From positions 3,207 through 67,206 of the forward strand of contig JAUCBJ010003593.1 in the NCBI GenBank assembly GCA_032718475.1: a DNA stretch of 64,000 bases, given 5' to 3'. Shown here one piece after another: positions 62,074-64,000 of the stretch. The DNA comes from Nemertoderma westbladi. Its lineage: Eukaryota; Animalia; Xenacoelomorpha. The translations under genes were made by a program, and so were the position numbers. The notes under the pieces are model-generated. The model had not been told where the DNA came from and ran no database searches. It saw only the letters and a program-made list of their open reading frames with translations. The stretch's first letter is position 1. Each line of letters begins with the position of its first letter.

Positions 62074-62310
62074 TGCAGTTTGCTTCATCTACACCCAAAG
62101 CGCAGTCGATATAACCATCACAGTAATAATCAGGGTTACTACATTCCGTGGTCTCGCACTCCTTTTCTAAACAATTGAAGTTCGCATCACTACAGGTACA
62201 CACTTCACAGTCGAAGTAGAGAACGGTGCCCGGAGGATACTTCTTACCGGTTGTCTCGCTGTAACAACGGCAACCATCATCCTCGCTATTAGGGTCAACA
62301 CACCTATTTC
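62074..62310 (-). CDS. Exon 1 of window: TIL end, VWC-like, truncated LDLa (NRCVDPNSEDDGCRCYSETTGKKYPPGTVLYFDCEVCTCSDANFNCLEKECETTECSNPDYYCDGYIDCALGVDEANC)
   Basis: Acceptor TTGTAG, donor GTAAGT, phase 1-1. Confidence 0.93.
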
Positions 62311-62519
62311 CTACAAAATAAAAAACAATTTTAGCAGTAGGTTCATTTTATTTTTAAAATTTATGGAATTAGTATGGGTATTGTAGTATTATTATTATAT
62401 CTGTAGTAACTTCCCTACAATGTTATACATTGCCCAGTGTAAGTGTGATTGTAGATAAGCTCGAAAGATATTGGTCATTTAACAAATGAGGCTTTGTACA
62501 ATCTCGGTAGTAAAATCTT

Positions 62520-63750
62520 ATTACCAACACCCTAAACACCCTGCAGGCACAATGGAGAAGAACTTTCAGTCATAGCTATTATAATCCTGCTCAACCTGTC
62601 CACAAGTTTGTTCCATCACAGCCGGCTGGCGAGGATAATTCTTGATCATTGTGGTCAGTTGTTCGGGCAGATGAATTGGTGATTTATGATCACAAACTGT
62701 GGGGGTATTACCTTGTAGGGCCAGCCGCTGATGCATGGCCGATATGTGGGGTGATCAACGAAAGTTGACGTAGCCTTAGCGAACTGACACTGTAGGGGGT
62801 GTGGGTCAATAATGCCAAATAGTTGTTATTGTCGATGTCATTGTGTCTCAAAATGAAATTATTGACCCATTCCGTTATTTATTATCCATTAAAGCTGAAA
62901 CCAGTTCAGATATGTGCTAGAATACAACCTGTCTTTTTGGGGTCTACTGTAAAAGCAGTTCCCGAAAACCCTGGTCCCGAAGCAACTAGAATTGCCTGCT
63001 GGTCAGTTGAAGTAGAACTGAGTGAAAACTTATCACATGATATTGGCTGGAGTAGGGGTAACACAAGGGGATCATGGAATTGACAATCAAATCTTCAATC
63101 ACGTTATGTCTAATTCCCATCCCAGTATTAGACATGACAAAACATGGGGAACAGAAAATAGTGCCTTACAGGTAGGCGCAATAAAATTTGAGATACTTCA
63201 GAGTCCACCCATGTGAAGTCAACATGAAGTCAAAGGTTATCCAGGAACTCTTCTTGTCTGTGTCGGTATCCTGATATGTTTTGAATTAAGCCAGGAAATT
63301 GTTCAAGGAAAAGTCAGGAAAAGTTCACTGCACTGTAGTGTAGTTCACACCAAGTGATCCAGTTGCAATTCATACAGATCAGGTCAGGTCCAGTAAACAG
63401 TTGATGTGTCTCGGGAATAGTAGGAAAGATAACATTTGGAGGGATACACCCTGGTGGAACCAGGGAAATTGCTTCTAAAATATGGATAAATCTTTGGAAT
63501 TAACCCTGAACATACATTCAGCAAACCATTTGTTATGTTCCAGAAGGATCACATTTCCCATTATGGAAAGTCGAAGGGAAGTCAGCACCTCAGATGGGTG
63601 GAAGAAAAGTGGGGCAATCAATCGATTGATGGCCATCCTTTGACTTGCAATTATGCAATACTGCAGTATACCGCTAGAGTTTCACTTGGTGCTGTCTTGG
63701 GGAAACATCCCTATTGAAAAAAGGCAGAAGACGGGTAACTGGCAAATAAT
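62520..63750 (-). mobile_element. Possible decayed retroelement ORF with a CCHC zinc knuckle
   Basis: Higher GC than the flanking intron; frameshifted YC.NCKSKDGHQSIDCP at ~63610-63665; no intact ORF. Confidence 0.3.
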
Positions 63751-64000
63751 ACATTCTCAAGTTAAAAAGCAATATGTGTGCGGATGTTCAATTATTCACA
63801 ATTTCAACATATGGAGACAACATAAGAATAAATTTACATATTACATGAAACACAAATCAATTTTCCACATTAGGCAGCTTGTTGTTTATTTGATATCACA
63901 TATTGTCAATAAATATATCTTGTATTATCGGAAAAACACTATTTGTTGACCTACTATTATTTATAACACTATGATTTGTTGTAAAGAGATTTATAATTAA

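Larger units (their letters stand above)
1579..62310 (-). other. Partial giant SCO-spondin/mucin-like gene (18 exons in the window; start and stop not in the window)
   Basis: Chain of Cys-rich exons with canonical AG/GT ends. The intron phases match all the way through, giving TIL, VWC-like, LDLa, discoidin-like, TSP1 and Pro/Thr/Ser-repeat modules. Confidence 0.9.

Overview
This is AT-rich animal (invertebrate-like) genomic DNA. The whole window lies inside one very large intron-containing gene on the minus strand, which is open at both ends. I traced 18 exons with GT-AG boundaries and mutually consistent phases, together about 8,900 codons. They encode an SCO-spondin/hemolectin/gel-forming-mucin-like extracellular protein. 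Domain order: TIL end, VWC-like, several LDLa-like modules, two copies of [LDLa-like + divergent discoidin/FA58C-like], about 1,040 x GTPSPP in a single 18.8-kb exon, TIL, a VWC-like domain split by a ~1,640-aa (GAGTPAPG)n insert in a 5.1-kb exon, then TSP1, TIL, VWC-like, TSP1, VWC. A 12-15 kb intragenic tandem duplication made a chimeric exon. The introns contain RTE, RTEX-like, CRE-like (one carrying a Ulp1/C48 protease), L2/CR1-like and copia fragments, a Tc1/mariner-type MITE, a SINE-like insert, a minimal hammerhead-ribozyme motif and minisatellites. Two points stand out. The only possible splice donor of the giant exon is a variant of the repeat unit that recurs throughout the array. 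The second repeat array sits inside a disulfide-bonded domain. All family names come from motif recognition by eye, not from database searches.
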